From: a virus
Lineage: Duplodnaviria > Caudoviricetes
DNA length: 54,673 bases
Virus record (IMG/VR): IMGVR_UViG_3300031939_000377
Coordinates: 1-54,673 of that record
Reading direction: 5' to 3' (one strand)
The stretch's first letter is position 1. The number at the start of each line of letters is the position of its first letter. The notes under the pieces were generated by a model. That model did not search any database. It had not been told where the DNA came from and saw only the letters and a list, made by a program, of their open reading frames with translations. Positions 28,028-37,622 of the stretch are shown piece by piece. Made by a program: the position numbers and the translations under genes.

Positions 28028-28993
28028 TCAGCCTCTCCCCACCAGGTTCTGGAACGTGAGGTTCAGGTCCGGCCACTGCCCCTGGCCGAGAGTCGAGCCG
28101 GTAAACGCGGGGTCGCCGGACAGCGTGAACGTCTTCATCGCGATCGGGTTCGCCGCCTGCCAGTAGAGCGGTCCGCCGGCCGGCCCCGCCCACAGAACCC
28201 AGTGCGTGGCGGTGAGAGGCGTCCAGGGTACTTGTGAAAGGCCGACCTGGTCCATGGTCCCGGTGGACGGATTCAGACTCGCGATCGATACCTGCAGGAC
28301 CTGGCCGTCCGCCTGGGTGAACGGAATAGTCGGCGACGGGCCAGACTCCGCGTTCTGCGTGTTCAGCTCCGACACATACCGGGAGGCATCGTAATACGTG
28401 ATGGCCACCTGGAAGACTTGCGCGGTGCCGCCGCCGGCGACAGCCGAAAGATTGTCTGCGGTAAACGTGCCGGCGTTGATGCCGTGCTTGGACGCCGGCG
28501 CCTCGAGGGGCTGGGCGACGAAGGGTAGCCCGTTTTGCCGCAGCTGCCGCCAATGGAAATCCGCGTCCTTCGTGTAGCGGTCGTACTTGTCCTGCAGGCG
28601 GTCCTTGCCCATGCGCGCGCTGGCGTTGCGGTACAGCAGGGAAAGGGTGGTGTAAGCGAGCCAGAGCTGCACTGGCGAAGCGGCGCTCGCATATTGGGAC
28701 TCGGTGGCCACCACCTGGTTGAGCCTGGTCCGCGCCTGGTTCCTCGCCGGGCCGCCGATGTAATTCACCGCCGACTGGTGGCCGCCGCTGACTCCGATTG
28801 CAGAAAGGGTGTTGGTGTACATTTGCTGCGCCGCGATGATTCGCTGCGCGCATTGGCGCCATCCCTGTTCGCACATCGAGCCAGGGCCATCGAGCAGAAT
28901 CGACGGCTTGCAGCTCGCCGCCACCGGCGCGACTTCGCTATCGATCTGCGTGAGATCCGCGGCCGTGACGATATCTGAGTCGGTGAACAGCAT
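28028..28993 (-). CDS. Putative head-tail connector/neck protein
   Basis: Position after capsid genes; helical N-terminus plus beta C-terminus. Confidence 0.5.
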   Translation of the reverse strand: MLFTDSDIVTAADLTQIDSEVAPVAASCKPSILLDGPGSMCEQGWRQCAQRIIAAQQMYTNTLSAIGVSGGHQSAVNYIGGPARNQARTRLNQVVATESQYASAASPVQLWLAYTTLSLLYRNASARMGKDRLQDKYDRYTKDADFHWRQLRQNGLPFVAQPLEAPASKHGINAGTFTADNLSAVAGGGTAQVFQVAITYYDASRYVSELNTQNAESGPSPTIPFTQADGQVLQVSIASLNPSTGTMDQVGLSQVPWTPLTATHWVLWAGPAGGPLYWQAANPIAMKTFTLSGDPAFTGSTLGQGQWPDLNLTFQNLVGRG

Positions 28994-29109
28994 CAGTCCA
29001 AATGAATCCGCCGGCTATCCCGCGTGCAGTGGCGCCATGCGACGAAAACCGCGCCGGCTCCGAACCCGGCAGCAAAAGAAGCGATTGCGGTGAGGACGTG
29101 CCACGGCAT
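28993..29109 (-). CDS. 38-aa membrane peptide
   Basis: AAGGAGG RBS; MPWHVLTAIASFAAGFGAGAVFVAWR; TGATG coupling. Confidence 0.45.
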   Translation of the reverse strand: MPWHVLTAIASFAAGFGAGAVFVAWRHCTRDSRRIHLD

Positions 29110-29116
29110 CAGAGGT

Positions 29117-29287
29117 TCAACCCTCCTTGGCCTTCTTCTCGGAGGCGCCGGCACTTGCCTCCTCTGCCAAATGCCCTTCCAGCCTGTCGGCCAGATTCAT
29201 CGCCTTCACAGCGTCATCCGAAAATGTAGCGCGCTGCGCCTCCCGTCTCAGGAGGAAAACCAGCGCTTCCACGATCGTTTTGCCCAT
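29117..29287 (-). CDS. 56-aa hypothetical protein
   Basis: GGAG RBS; MGKTIVEALVFLLRREAQ... Confidence 0.5.
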   Translation of the reverse strand: MGKTIVEALVFLLRREAQRATFSDDAVKAMNLADRLEGHLAEEASAGASEKKAKEG

Positions 29288-29298
29288 AAACATCTCCA

Positions 29299-29345
29299 GA
29301 AACAGAAAAGGCGGCGCGAGCCCCCATTGCTGGAGGCCCGCGCCG
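29299..29345 (-). terminator. Intrinsic terminator after capsid/decoration genes
   Basis: CGGCGCGGGCCTCCA-GCAA-TGGGGGCTCGCGCCG followed by CCTTTTCTGTTT. Confidence 0.75.
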
Positions 29346-29372
29346 TGAAAAGTTCACCTAGGAGTGAAAACC

Positions 29373-29735
29373 CTATTCCAGCCAGGCGTGTGCTTTGACG
29401 GTCCCGGGCGTGCTGTCGATCGCCAGGCAGTTGAGCCGGAGCGCCGCATTGGCGACGTTGATCCGGGTCAACGGAATGTCATACGTCGCCCATTCTTTGG
29501 CGACGCCTTCGGTCGGCTGCGATCCCTGAAAGTGCGCGACCGCAACCTGGCGGGCATCCGAAAACGGGGTGGCGTTGGCCGTGTCCTCGATCGCGAACAG
29601 GGCCTTCTTCCCAGCCGCCAGTCCGCGAACGGTGAGCTTGATGCTCTTGAAGCTGGCGACGGCCGAGGTGTCGAGCGACCCCGTGACGGCGCCGGCCGCG
29701 GCGACGGTCTGTTCGCCGGTGGTGATGTCGGTCAT
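29373..29735 (-). CDS. Putative head decoration protein
   Basis: 120 aa beta-rich; last gene before capsid terminator; GGAG RBS. Confidence 0.5.
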   Translation of the reverse strand: MTDITTGEQTVAAAGAVTGSLDTSAVASFKSIKLTVRGLAAGKKALFAIEDTANATPFSDARQVAVAHFQGSQPTEGVAKEWATYDIPLTRINVANAALRLNCLAIDSTPGTVKAHAWLE

Positions 29736-29738
29736 GAA

Positions 29739-30125
29739 CTATTTCTCCTTCTTGGGGGTTGCCGGCGGCGCCGGCGGGTTAGACTGCTGCTGCTCGGATA
29801 AGGCCCCGCGGGCGGCCAATTTCACGAGATCCTGCAACTCCTGGGGCATGGCGAGCTGGCCTTTTTTGCCCATCTCGATCTTGGCGAGCGCGAGCGCCGC
29901 CTCGTCCTGCTCCCTCAGGAACTGCGCAATTTGTTCTTCCGACGCCAGCGTGTGCGTCTTGCCGACGATCATCTTGGCGACCTGCTTGGGGTCGGCCAGA
30001 TCCATCACGCGGCCGCCGACCGTCCCCTTGTCGGAGTTCTCGACCGACACGAGGTAGTAGATTCGCTGCCGCGGCAGCTCGTCCATGACGGCGCGGACGT
30101 CGGCCCAATAGCGATTGAGGTCCAT
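29739..30125 (-). CDS. Hypothetical phage protein
   Basis: ORF directly after capsid gene. Confidence 0.6.
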   Translation of the reverse strand: MDLNRYWADVRAVMDELPRQRIYYLVSVENSDKGTVGGRVMDLADPKQVAKMIVGKTHTLASEEQIAQFLREQDEAALALAKIEMGKKGQLAMPQELQDLVKLAARGALSEQQQSNPPAPPATPKKEK

Positions 30126-30135
30126 AAGCGGCGTC

Positions 30136-31053
30136 TTAGCTCGAAGCTACGACCACGGCGTGGTTGTTTCTCAGCGGTCCGCACCCGTAAAGGATGTCGA
30201 CGGTGAATTGCTGGGCCAGGGTGCCCGGCTGATAGCTCATCACCACGCGGAAGCCGAAGTTGCCGACCTCGCCGTATTCGGCGATCGCCCCGGTCCCAGG
30301 CAGGGGCTGCGGCAGCCGGCGAATCACAAGGCCGATGGCATTGCGGTGGAAGGCCAGGTTTTTGTACGTGGTCGACAGCGGCACGAGCTGGCTGCGGAAG
30401 ACGTAGAAGTCTTTCACTTTGCCGAACAGCCCCGCGCTGCCGCCGGGCAGATAGGCGGTGAGCATGGTGTCTTTCTCGCCGGTAGTCTGGAATTCGCTAA
30501 AGCGGCCGATCTGCCGCATGGCCGACGCGGAGCTGCTGGCGATTACCAGGAACTTCGGCTCGTTCTGCGGAATGTAGTTGTCGAACAACACCTTTTCCGC
30601 CGAGTCGATGCGAGCCTCGTCCATCGCGCTGTTCGCGCCCAGCGCGGCGTTGGCCGTGAACAGGGGCCACAGATTGAGGAGGTCCTGCTCAACCTTGGTG
30701 ACGACCGCGTTGATGGCCGGCTGCATATAGGCGCCCAGCAAAGCCGGGAAGGCCAGCATCTTCGTCACGTCCGGAACCTGGAAGGTCGCTTCGGCGTGCG
30801 TGTTGAGCACGATTTGCGCATTGCCGAGCGACGGATTCTGCGTCTGCACGCTGCCGCCCTCGGAGATGTCGTTCGCCACCAGGTTGCCCGGGATCGCGAC
30901 GTTGATTACGTCGCCGGTATTGCCGAGCTGGGCTTCGAAATCCCTGTTGACCAGGTTGCCCATGACCAGGTTCGGCAGCAGGGCAGGCATCGCCTGTGCG
31001 GCCACGAGTTTCACAATCGCATTGGCCACATTGGCCGAAGTAATGTCTGACAT
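30136..31053 (-). CDS. Major capsid protein (P22 coat-like, HK97 fold)
   Basis: NRDFE..G..GD.I, AFHRNAI.L..R.L, D.LYG motifs; position after scaffold. Confidence 0.85.
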   Translation of the reverse strand: MSDITSANVANAIVKLVAAQAMPALLPNLVMGNLVNRDFEAQLGNTGDVINVAIPGNLVANDISEGGSVQTQNPSLGNAQIVLNTHAEATFQVPDVTKMLAFPALLGAYMQPAINAVVTKVEQDLLNLWPLFTANAALGANSAMDEARIDSAEKVLFDNYIPQNEPKFLVIASSSASAMRQIGRFSEFQTTGEKDTMLTAYLPGGSAGLFGKVKDFYVFRSQLVPLSTTYKNLAFHRNAIGLVIRRLPQPLPGTGAIAEYGEVGNFGFRVVMSYQPGTLAQQFTVDILYGCGPLRNNHAVVVASS

Positions 31054-31118
31054 CTTCGATAATGCTCCAGGTTGCAGGTTGTGGAGGCCTCAGATCGAGG
31101 CCTCCCGGGTTGGACTAC

Positions 31119-31838
31119 TTAACGCTGCCCTTGCTGCAGGACGGCGCTGATCTGGGCCGCGGCCGCGGCTACGTCGGCGGCCGACATACCGGGCTTGATG
31201 CTCTCCAGGCTGACGGCAGCGCTGCCGCCCTGCTGTTTGCCCTGGCGGGCACCGGCGCCGGCGACGTCCTTGGGTGCGAGCAGATACGGCTTGGCGCGCA
31301 GTCCCTCGTCGAGATACTGGTCGATCGGCGTTCCGTCGTGTCCGACGAAAGCGCCGTCCTCGGTCCGCTTGATCTTCGACCCGAAAATCTCAAAGGCATC
31401 CTCGGCTGCTGCATCGTCCGCAAACTTGAACTTGGAAAGCTTTGTACGAACTAAAGCTTCCTGCTCTTTCCGTTCGGCGGCGGCTTTCGTCGCGTCCGAC
31501 TCGGTCTTCATGGCCTTGAACTGGTCGTCCAGTTCCTTGTTTCGGCGTTCCAGAGCCCGCAACTGCGCGGCGACTGCTGGATCAGCGGGTTTGGCGCCGC
31601 TGGTAGCAGTGGCGTCGGTGGTGGAGTCCTGCGTCTCGTTCCCGGTGGCCGTCGAGGCGGCGGGCGTGAGCTTCGCAATATCGGTCTTGAGGGTGGTGGC
31701 GAAGTTTGTAAAGAGTTTCGTCACATCCCCCAAGAGGGAGGTTCGAAAGGCGGCGGGATCAAACGCCGCTGTGCTTCCGCCTCCGCCTTGGCCGTCATCG
31801 GCAGCGTCTAAAAGGGATCCACGGGTAAAACGTAACAT
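31119..31838 (-). CDS. Capsid scaffolding protein
   Basis: Coiled coil, KPYLL..GAG motif; between portal and capsid. Confidence 0.75.
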   Translation of the reverse strand: MLRFTRGSLLDAADDGQGGGGSTAAFDPAAFRTSLLGDVTKLFTNFATTLKTDIAKLTPAASTATGNETQDSTTDATATSGAKPADPAVAAQLRALERRNKELDDQFKAMKTESDATKAAAERKEQEALVRTKLSKFKFADDAAAEDAFEIFGSKIKRTEDGAFVGHDGTPIDQYLDEGLRAKPYLLAPKDVAGAGARQGKQQGGSAAVSLESIKPGMSAADVAAAAAQISAVLQQGQR

Positions 31839-32009
31839 GTATTTTTTCTCCTAATGGCGCATTCCGGCGCCGTGTCCGCGAGAACTGCGCGGCCAGTTTG
31901 AATTGAAAGTGGGGTTGGGTTACTGCGAACGGGGAAGTGCTATTTTGAAAACTGCTCCGAATCGAATGGGCCTAACAGGGGCCGCCGGCACGAAGGATGA
32001 GCGGCGGCC

Positions 32010-33569
32010 TTATGCGCTGATCTGGTCCGCACCCTTAAATGACTGCGAGAATTTGGCGAGCTGGTCCGCCTGCTGCGTTTCGGCGAGCAGCGCGGCGGCG
32101 CCTTCGGGCGTGGGATTGGTCGTAATTTCTTCGTCGATGGTTTGCAGCGTTTCGGGGTTCATGTCGGGCAGGACGATGCGAACCAGCTTCTTGTCGCGCT
32201 CGCGGCGGTAGGTGTCCGACTGGACGTCAATCACCGTGGACTTCTCGATAAAGTCCATTTCTTCGACCGAGGCCTTGTCCTGGAAATCGAAGCCGCGCAC
32301 ATCAGGCGCGATATCCGTGAAGCCGCGGATCGCCAGCACGTCCTCATAGACGAGCTGCATCGCGGGCCGTATGACGTCACCCAAGCCGGAAAGCGCATCT
32401 CTGCTGGGCGTCTTGTCCTGCTGCTTGGATAGTCCCGACTGCGCGGCCGGCGTGGCCTTGTTCGTGCGCGCCTGGTCCATCAGGTAGCAGGCCTTGTAAA
32501 TGCGTTCTTCGAGGTCCGCCAGGCGCTTGTCGATCGCTTCGTAGGCGTTGCCCTCGGGTTCCAGATACGAGGCCGTGTCGCCGGTGTTGAGTTTGAGGTA
32601 GGAGACTTCGCTCAACGTCACGGAGTCGTCGAAGTTGCCGGTGATGACGAGCTGCGCGAGCGCGCTTTGGAACAGGGCGAAGTCGTAGGCGTTGTCGAGG
32701 TTCAGGTGGTTCAAAAGCGGCAGGAACACGCGATTCGCCAGCCACAGGCCGTCGGGAATCTCGACCTTGCGAACGGGAATGCGGTTCAGCGCCGTCATCG
32801 CATGCCGGCGCGGGTAGCCGGCGACGAGCTCCGCTTTATCCTCTTCCGACCATTTGTCCTTGTGGGCGGCGCGGTAGCACGCGACCTGGGTCCGGTCGAA
32901 GTAATACCAGTAGTCCATGATTACCGGCGTCTGGAAGGCTTCGCGCTCTTCGGTCGATACCGCGATGATGCACCATTCGAGGTTGCCGTACCGGTCCGTC
33001 TCCCAGTTGATGATCTGGTTGGCGGCGTAGAGAACCAGGAAGGGATCCAGCTGGCCGGCTTTCTGCTGTTCGGCGAGCGAGACGGGCTCCGGCGCATCGT
33101 CGTCGGGCGTCGGGAGGTCGATCAGGACGAACGCCTTTTTGTTGAGCAGCAGGCCTTCATGCACCTTGCGCCAGAAATCGACGTAGGTGGTGCCGCCGCG
33201 GTCCGCATCCTTTTCAAACGCGGTGCAGAATTCACTGGCATCCGCAGGGATCGCGAGCGCGGCGTCGCCCGTGGCGCCGGCCTTCTTCTTGACGAGCTGC
33301 GGAGCCAGCTTGAAGAGGGCGGAGACATACCATCCCGTGATGTTGCCCATCAGGTTGGTGTAGCTGAAGCGCTGCTGGCGCGTGCGGAACACTTCCGCGG
33401 GTTCCTTCGGTTTCTGCAACAGATACTTGTTGCGCTTGATCACAGCATCCCGCAGCACGGCGCCGCCCTGGTTCAGGTCGGATGCCGTGGTCCACGCATC
33501 CGCTTGCTGGTCGTAGTCCGAGGCTGTGGCTGCGATCTGCTTGACCGAGACGAAAGAGGGGAAGTTCAT
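32010..33569 (-). CDS. Portal protein (SPP1 gp6/DUF4055-like)
   Basis: 519 aa; YL....KE....F..R, LIDLP, Y.A..IINW, SG.SK..D. Confidence 0.85.
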   Translation of the reverse strand: MNFPSFVSVKQIAATASDYDQQADAWTTASDLNQGGAVLRDAVIKRNKYLLQKPKEPAEVFRTRQQRFSYTNLMGNITGWYVSALFKLAPQLVKKKAGATGDAALAIPADASEFCTAFEKDADRGGTTYVDFWRKVHEGLLLNKKAFVLIDLPTPDDDAPEPVSLAEQQKAGQLDPFLVLYAANQIINWETDRYGNLEWCIIAVSTEEREAFQTPVIMDYWYYFDRTQVACYRAAHKDKWSEEDKAELVAGYPRRHAMTALNRIPVRKVEIPDGLWLANRVFLPLLNHLNLDNAYDFALFQSALAQLVITGNFDDSVTLSEVSYLKLNTGDTASYLEPEGNAYEAIDKRLADLEERIYKACYLMDQARTNKATPAAQSGLSKQQDKTPSRDALSGLGDVIRPAMQLVYEDVLAIRGFTDIAPDVRGFDFQDKASVEEMDFIEKSTVIDVQSDTYRRERDKKLVRIVLPDMNPETLQTIDEEITTNPTPEGAAALLAETQQADQLAKFSQSFKGADQISA

Positions 33570-33590
33570 GGATTTAGGCGCGGACTGAAT

Positions 33591-33917
33591 TTAGACCATC
33601 ACGTAAGTGACTTTGAGCTTCTCGCCGGCGGTGCCCTGCGCGAAAAACTGCACGGGCTCCAGGCGATTGTCCCCGCCCTGATCCTCCAGGCTGAACTCAT
33701 CGAGCGGGATTGTCGCGGCCGGCGGCGTGGCGAGCTCCTTGACGACGCCGGTACCGGTGCCATCGTTGGCCACCGTCGAGAGGCCGACGACGCAGGGGTG
33801 CGTGTTGCTCCGGAGCGGCTGAGCGTAGATCTTGTTCACGAGGCCCGGGCCGCTGGCAGGCGCAGGAAATTGCTGCGCGCCGGTGGCGAAGGTGAGTATT
33901 GCTATCTGCACAGTCAT
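33591..33917 (-). CDS. Hypothetical phage protein
   Basis: GAGG RBS; beta-rich 108 aa. Confidence 0.6.
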   Translation of the reverse strand: MTVQIAILTFATGAQQFPAPASGPGLVNKIYAQPLRSNTHPCVVGLSTVANDGTGTGVVKELATPPAATIPLDEFSLEDQGGDNRLEPVQFFAQGTAGEKLKVTYVMV

Positions 33918-33979
33918 CGATTTATTTCCTCAACGTTTCTTCCATCATGCGCTACTCTGCAAGAAAGGAGAATCAGAAA

Positions 33980-34045
33980 ATGGCCAAAAAGCCAACCGCA
34001 AAAGCTTCCAAGAAGAGTCCGGCGAAGAAATCCGCCAAGAAGTAG
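33980..34045 (+). CDS. 21-aa Lys-rich histone H1-like micropeptide
   Basis: AAAGGAG RBS; MAKKPTAKASKKSPAKKSAKK*; followed by long hairpin. Confidence 0.5.
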   Translation: MAKKPTAKASKKSPAKKSAKK

Positions 34046-34139
34046 CCCCGAAAAACCCGCAACGAAAGGGAGCGCGCAGCCAATCTGATAACCTGACGGT
34101 CCGCCGGGCAGGTCGCAATGGCGGGGGGCGCGCTTCCGA

Positions 34140-34292
34140 CTAATCCTCTTCCCTTTCCTCCACCACTGCCGGAGCATCGAACCCGACCACATACAGCGTG
34201 TCCGCCGGCGGCGCGGGTTTTCGCGCAGGAACGAATCCGGTGAGGAAGCCGATCGCGCGCTTGAGCGGCCGCCCGTTCGCGTCGAGAATCAT
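34140..34292 (-). CDS. 50-aa hypothetical protein
   Basis: ATGA coupling, GAGGAG RBS; MILDANGRPLKRAIGF... Confidence 0.5.
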   Translation of the reverse strand: MILDANGRPLKRAIGFLTGFVPARKPAPPADTLYVVGFDAPAVVEEREED

Positions 34293-34510
34293 GCGGCTCT
34301 CCTCGGGCACTTGGGGCCCAGCGCATCACGGTACATGTCGATCAGCTCTGTCAGGTGGAAATCGATCAGCGCATTGTCGCCCGTCCCCGTCGCGAAACAG
34401 AGTTCGGTCAGGCGGTTGCGGAAGTCGTGCACCAGCGCGGCCTTGTAGTCGAACCGCGAAGTGCGCCGCAAGCGGGCGCGCAGCTCGGGCGTGTTGTCGG
34501 ATCCCTGCAT
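34289..34510 (-). CDS. Hypothetical protein
   Basis: ORF directly after terL. Confidence 0.5.
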   Translation of the reverse strand: MQGSDNTPELRARLRRTSRFDYKAALVHDFRNRLTELCFATGTGDNALIDFHLTELIDMYRDALGPKCPRRAA

Positions 34511-34514
34511 AACC

Positions 34515-35825
34515 CTACCGCGGCCCTCCGGCCTGGCGCAGGCCGTACTCGGCTTCCACCAGGTAACCCAGAGCGTCAGAGATGTGCGTCAGTTCGGGGT
34601 TGCTCTTGTCGATTTCCCCGGTCATGTTGCCGTTGCCGTCGGCCTTCCAGGCAACCTGCTCCAGATCCTTGGTCAGCCGCTTGCACTTCGGATCCACCAC
34701 CATGCCGACCACGCCGGCGGCGTTACAGAGCTTCGAATTCATCGCGTTCACGCGATCGCGCACCGCCGGGTTGGCCAGCGGCACGTGGTAGGTGACCTGA
34801 AACTCCGGTGTCCGGCGGAAGAATTCCTTGATGATCTGGTAGTCGCTTTTGCCGGCCGTCGAGCGGGCGCCGCCGGCGGCGTCACCGTAAAGTTTCAGCG
34901 GTACCTGCCCTTGCCGCGCGATCCAGTGCCCCACGCGACGCGCGAACTCCTCGCAGGCCTCCTGGGTGTTGCTGTTGGGCAGGACGATCTCATCGAGCAC
35001 GTGCAGCACGCTGGACCGCTTGCCCATCATGGCCATTTCCCGGGAGGTCGTATCCTCGATCTGGCAAATCACGCTCGACATCGGGTTCACGTTGAAATCG
35101 AGCGACCAGCAGAGCTGCAGGCGGGGATTGTAATTGCAGGGCTGCAGGTTGCCGATGCGGTCCGCCGAATCCGACCGCTGGAAGGAGAAGTAAGCGCGGC
35201 CCGCGAAGTTCTCGAAGCTGCCGCAGTATTCCTGGTCGAACGTCTTCTGGTCCATGTCGTTCCGCGCGGCGTCCAGCTCCGCCTGCGAAACGCGGCCGCC
35301 GTCGATCGTTCGGTACTGGAAGGAAGCCCAGCCCGGCGTCACCTTCGCCGACTGATACAGGTCGTGGAAGTGATTCATCCCCTTGGGCGTGCCAATAAAT
35401 AGGGCGTTACCCTGGCGATCGGACAGCATCGGCCGGATGATCTCTGTCCACACCCGCGGGTCCATGTCGGCGTATTCGTCGAGCACCGCGAAATTCAGCC
35501 CGGGCCCGCGCAATGCGTCGTAGTTGGCGGCGCCGCGCAGCGCGATGGTCCCACCGCCAATGATCTGCACCGACAGGTCCGTCTCGTTCGGCTTATCGAT
35601 GACGTAGGGCGCCACCGTGAGCTTCAATTCTGCCCAGGCAATCTGTTTCGCCTGGCGATAGGTCGGAGCCAGGTACCAGGCGAGGGTGCGCGGCTTACCC
35701 CACACGGCGCGGCACAGTTCACTGACCGAAAGAAAGGTCTTACCGAAGCGCCGGCCTGCCACTAGCGCGCGAAAACGCGCCGGGCAAAGGAACACCCGGC
35801 TTTGCGGCCTGGACAGTTGGATCAT
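34515..35825 (-). CDS. terL: Terminase large subunit
   Basis: Walker A AGRRFGKT, LRG, Walker B AVLDEYA, IGTP, nuclease DFN.NP and H..DALGY. Confidence 0.95.
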   Translation of the reverse strand: MIQLSRPQSRVFLCPARFRALVAGRRFGKTFLSVSELCRAVWGKPRTLAWYLAPTYRQAKQIAWAELKLTVAPYVIDKPNETDLSVQIIGGGTIALRGAANYDALRGPGLNFAVLDEYADMDPRVWTEIIRPMLSDRQGNALFIGTPKGMNHFHDLYQSAKVTPGWASFQYRTIDGGRVSQAELDAARNDMDQKTFDQEYCGSFENFAGRAYFSFQRSDSADRIGNLQPCNYNPRLQLCWSLDFNVNPMSSVICQIEDTTSREMAMMGKRSSVLHVLDEIVLPNSNTQEACEEFARRVGHWIARQGQVPLKLYGDAAGGARSTAGKSDYQIIKEFFRRTPEFQVTYHVPLANPAVRDRVNAMNSKLCNAAGVVGMVVDPKCKRLTKDLEQVAWKADGNGNMTGEIDKSNPELTHISDALGYLVEAEYGLRQAGGPR

Positions 35826-35913
35826 GCGCGGGTGCCGGCAGAGGGGACGGCATTTTACTGCCTATAAAATAGGGACCGTTTTGCCAATATGCTGCCGCTC
35901 TGGCAGCACGAGC

Positions 35914-36483
35914 TTACTTCGCCTTGCTCAGATCGAACTTGATGCCGATCCGCGGCACGAGATTCCAGCCGGCGCCGTTGATGTAGAGCCCTTTGACCGA
36001 AAACACCGCGCTGAGGGTCTTCGACAGCCGAACGACCGCAGTGCTCACCACGTCGGTCGAGACGGCTATCTGCAGGCCGCTCAGCGGAGAGTTTGTCGCG
36101 CCTGACTGCGGCGGCGTCGACGTGATCGCCGGGCCCGCGCCGACGCCCAGCAAAAACGTGGCGCGTCCGGAGGCCCAGATGCTCTTGTGGACTTCCTGCT
36201 GCACGGTCACCTGCAGCGCGTAGAACGATTTGCCGCTGGCCGGGTCCGTGGCGAGACGCGGGTAGAACTCCGCTCCGGACACGCCGTACACGCCCACCGA
36301 TCCGACGATCGGGTAAATGGCGCCGAAGCCGCCGGTGATTCGCGGAGATCCGAGCTGGTCGTAGTTGACGGTGGCCACAATCCCGGCCGGCAGCGCAATG
36401 CTGGGAATAATCGAGGGATCGGGTGCCGCGGTCTGCGCGATCGCGCAGAGAGAGAAAGCAAAAAGAGAGAGAACGAATCGCAT
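35914..36483 (-). CDS. Secreted, possibly outer-membrane beta-barrel protein
   Basis: Signal MRFVLSLFAFSLCAIAQ; alternating beta strands ending RIGIKF. Confidence 0.55.
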   Translation of the reverse strand: MRFVLSLFAFSLCAIAQTAAPDPSIIPSIALPAGIVATVNYDQLGSPRITGGFGAIYPIVGSVGVYGVSGAEFYPRLATDPASGKSFYALQVTVQQEVHKSIWASGRATFLLGVGAGPAITSTPPQSGATNSPLSGLQIAVSTDVVSTAVVRLSKTLSAVFSVKGLYINGAGWNLVPRIGIKFDLSKAK

Positions 36484-36509
36484 GGGTAGTTGTGCCTTTC
36501 TAGCGTGAG

Positions 36510-37418
36510 TTAACCGAGAATTGAGCGCCAGTCCATGCCCGCGGCCAGGTGCTTGCCCATGGCCACCAGGTTCGGGATCGCGGCGGCGTCGGACATGTCG
36601 ATCGACTGCGGCAGCCGCCAGTTGAAACGGGACAGAATCCCCGGCCAGTGCCGCCTTACGATCTGGGTCTGCTCATCGATGGGCGAATCCAGCAGCGTTC
36701 CGATCGTCCATCCGAGCGTGGCGAGGATCCCGGCCGGCGGGTTCACGGCGCCGTCGGCCGGGTAGTAGCCCGTGCCGAGTGAAATCACCCGCGTAGTCTC
36801 CGGCGTGAAATCGTCATAGCAAAACGCTTCCACGCACGCGCGATAAACCGGGTTGCCGGTAGTCCCGACGCCGCCGTCGAAGCACCAACCGACCAGCTGG
36901 CCGGCCAGCGGCGAAACGTACCACGGCGACAGGTATGTCGGCGCCGCGGCGCTTGCCACTGCGCAATCGATCAGCGAGAGGCCGCCGGTCACCTGGGAGT
37001 TTCGGTCGCAGTCGCGCACGAAGTACCAGGGGTGGCCGTTGACGCCCATGGCGGTCAGCAGGATCCGGATCGGCAGATTGTTCAGCCGTGCATCCGCAGC
37101 CTGGCCAAAGCGTTTTGCCAGCACATCGTGCACGCGCTGGGATTGATAGGCGTATCCCTGCGCCAGCCGGACCGGCAGAGCCAGGGCGGGGCCCGGCGTG
37201 AAGATCTTGGCCGCGTCCTCGAGGTAAATCTGCAGGATGGTCTCAGCGGGAAGGCCCACGGCGACCGCGGCCGCGATCAGCGCGCCCGTCGACGTGCCGG
37301 CCACGAACTGGAAGACATCGCGCGTCGGCTTGCCGAGTTGCCGCTCCAGCTCCACCAGGAAACAGGCAGTGAGCGCGCCACGCACGCCGCCGCCGTCGAT
37401 ACTCAATAGGTTTCGCAT
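36510..37418 (-). CDS. Patatin-like phospholipase
   Basis: DGGGVRG, GTSTG, ASAAAPTY, DGG. Confidence 0.9.
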   Translation of the reverse strand: MRNLLSIDGGGVRGALTACFLVELERQLGKPTRDVFQFVAGTSTGALIAAAVAVGLPAETILQIYLEDAAKIFTPGPALALPVRLAQGYAYQSQRVHDVLAKRFGQAADARLNNLPIRILLTAMGVNGHPWYFVRDCDRNSQVTGGLSLIDCAVASAAAPTYLSPWYVSPLAGQLVGWCFDGGVGTTGNPVYRACVEAFCYDDFTPETTRVISLGTGYYPADGAVNPPAGILATLGWTIGTLLDSPIDEQTQIVRRHWPGILSRFNWRLPQSIDMSDAAAIPNLVAMGKHLAAGMDWRSILG

Positions 37419-37591
37419 GGATCTTTTCCCTCCAGGACGTCCCGCGCATACACCATCAGCGGCAGGCGCAAGCTGTCGGCGGCAATCAACTCCAGGGCGG
37501 AGCGCAGCCGGCGTATCTCAGCGCGCAGACTCTCTTTTTCGTCCGCGCAACAGGACAAGCCGTCCGGCCAGGACTTCAACGATTCAGGCAT
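37403..37591 (-). CDS. Hypothetical protein
   Basis: Small ORF with GAGGT RBS. Confidence 0.4.
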   Translation of the reverse strand: MPESLKSWPDGLSCCADEKESLRAEIRRLRSALELIAADSLRLPLMVYARDVLEGKDPCETY

Positions 37592-37622
37592 TGGGGTAAC
37601 CTCTGAGAACTTTGAGAAGGCC

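Noticed and set aside
36510-37418. Complete CBASS system
   Set aside because: No CD-NTase nearby
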